Below, piece by piece: positions 62,666-64,000 of a stretch of DNA of 64,000 bases. This DNA comes from Alphaproteobacteria bacterium. Lineage in GTDB: Bacteria > Pseudomonadota > Alphaproteobacteria > UBA828. The stretch's first letter is position 1; the number at the start of each line of letters is the position of its first letter. Under the pieces are notes generated by a model, which saw only the letters and a program-made list of their open reading frames with translations, did not search any database and was not told the origin of the DNA. A program made the translations under genes and the position numbers. Location of the stretch: the NCBI GenBank assembly GCA_965221125.1, contig CBDCRW010000003.1:128001-192000 (forward strand), written 5' to 3'.

Positions 62666-64000
62666 ATGCTAGGCGTGCAGAACATCAGCCGGCGCACCTT
62701 CCTGAAGTCCGCCGGCGTCACGGGCGCTTTGGTGCTCGGCGCCAACGTCACCACCGGCTCCATGATCGGGACGGCGCGCGGCCAGAGCAACGGCAGCTCG
62801 GTCAAGCCCAACCTCTTCGTCGAGATTGCCGACGACGGGACGGTCACCATCACCTGCAGCCGCTCAGAGATGGGGCAAGGCGTGCGCACGGGCATCCCCA
62901 TGATCCTGGCCGACGAGATGGAGGCCGACTGGCAGCGGGTCAAGATCTGGCAGGCGCCGGGCGACGAGACCAAGTACGACCCGGCCGGCAAGGACCAGCA
63001 GAACACCGACGGCTCGCGCAGCACCCGCCACCACTTCGACGTGATGCGGGAACTGGGCGCCGCCGGCCGCTACGTGCTGGAGCAGGCGGCGGCCAAGAAG
63101 TGGGGCGTCGACGCAAGCGAGGTCTACGCCAAGGATCACCGCCTCTACCACACCGGCACAGGCCAGTGGTTCGACTTCGGCGAAGTGGTGGATGCCGCCG
63201 CCGACATCGCGGTGCCCACCGGCGACGCCGCGCCCAAGCTCAAGGACCAGTCGCAGTGGAAGTACATCGGCCGCGACATGCCGGTGGTCGACAACTACGA
63301 CATGAGCACGGGCGGGGCCACCTACGGCGCCGACATCAGCGTGCCCGGCATGAAGATCGCCGTCGTGGCGCGGCCGCCGGTCTACCGCGGCAAGGCGAAG
63401 TCCTTCGACGCCACCGAGGCGCTCAAGGTGCAGGGCGTCGAGCAGGTCATCGAGATTCCGCCGCTGGCGGACGACAAGCCGGCCGAGTTCCGCGCGCTGG
63501 GCGGCATCGCGGTGATCGGCACCAACACCTGGTCGGTGATGGAGGGCCGAGACAGGCTCGTCATCGAGTGGGAAGGCGGCCCCAACGTCAAGCACGACTC
63601 GAGCACGTACAACGACGCGCTCATGGCCGCGGCGAAGACCGGCGGGCACGTCATCCGCGATCGCGGCAACGTTGACGAAGCCTTCGCCGCAGCGGCGCAG
63701 GTGAAGGAGGCCGACTACTTCGTGCCCTACTTCATCCACACGCCGATGGAGCCGCCGGTGGCGCTGGCCGACGCCACGCAGATGCCGGTGAAGGTCGTGA
63801 CCTCGACCCAGGCGCCCAACTGGGTCCGCCAGTACGTGGCGGACGCACTCGGCATCGAGCAGACCGACGTCGAGTGCGAGGTGACGTTGCTGGGCGGCGG
63901 CTTCGGCCGCAAGTCGAAGCCCGACTTCGCCTGCGAGGCGGCGATCCTCTCGGCCAACATCGGCGCCCCGGTGCGGGTGCAGTGGACCCGCGAGGACGAG
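62666..64000 (+). CDS. Molybdopterin-binding large subunit (IorB-like) with Tat signal, runs off window
   Basis: Manual translation from ATG 62666: ISRRTFLKS twin-arginine motif, RSEMGQGVRT, ADEMEADW, TDGSRS, HTPMEP, LLGGGFGRKS, WTREDE. Confidence 0.9.
   Translation, partial: MLGVQNISRRTFLKSAGVTGALVLGANVTTGSMIGTARGQSNGSSVKPNLFVEIADDGTVTITCSRSEMGQGVRTGIPMILADEMEADWQRVKIWQAPGDETKYDPAGKDQQNTDGSRSTRHHFDVMRELGAAGRYVLEQAAAKKWGVDASEVYAKDHRLYHTGTGQWFDFGEVVDAAADIAVPTGDAAPKLKDQSQWKYIGRDMPVVDNYDMSTGGATYGADISVPGMKIAVVARPPVYRGKAKSFDATEALKVQGVEQVIEIPPLADDKPAEFRALGGIAVIGTNTWSVMEGRDRLVIEWEGGPNVKHDSSTYNDALMAAAKTGGHVIRDRGNVDEAFAAAAQVKEADYFVPYFIHTPMEPPVALADATQMPVKVVTSTQAPNWVRQYVADALGIEQTDVECEVTLLGGGFGRKSKPDFACEAAILSANIGAPVRVQWTREDE

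Overview
High-GC genomic window that looks alphaproteobacterial (gene content and order resemble Rhodospirillales-like genomes; taxonomy is inferred). Housekeeping blocks (ligA-recN-bamD, serC-serA-rmuC-typA, pntAA/AB/B, rpsU, purE-purK, ispB, DUF2007-methyltransferase-S49 peptidase, a molybdo-oxidoreductase pair) flank a long accessory metabolic stretch. Notable items seen directly in the sequence: (1) an ISAs1-family element whose transposase is fused to an N-terminal DUF4338 (DruA-like) domain, inserted in sdaA with a perfect 10-bp target duplication; (2) a 268-bp MITE with 25-bp perfect inverted ends that overlaps the stop codon of a lyase gene; (3) a 14-unit, roughly 10-bp-periodic GGNCC array in an intergenic region; (4) a PEP mutase-nucleotidyltransferase fusion with no phosphonopyruvate decarboxylase beside it, followed directly by a hydantoinase/oxoprolinase B-A pair; (5) a Tm-1-like/TIM-barrel gene pair among N-heterocycle catabolic genes; (6) a His/Asp/Glu-rich outer-membrane protein with a Zur-like box; (7) a signal-peptide-bearing isoaspartyl methyltransferase linked to a membrane spermidine-synthase-like protein. 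No rRNA, tRNA or CRISPR array was recognised. All calls come from motif recognition by eye, without database searches.
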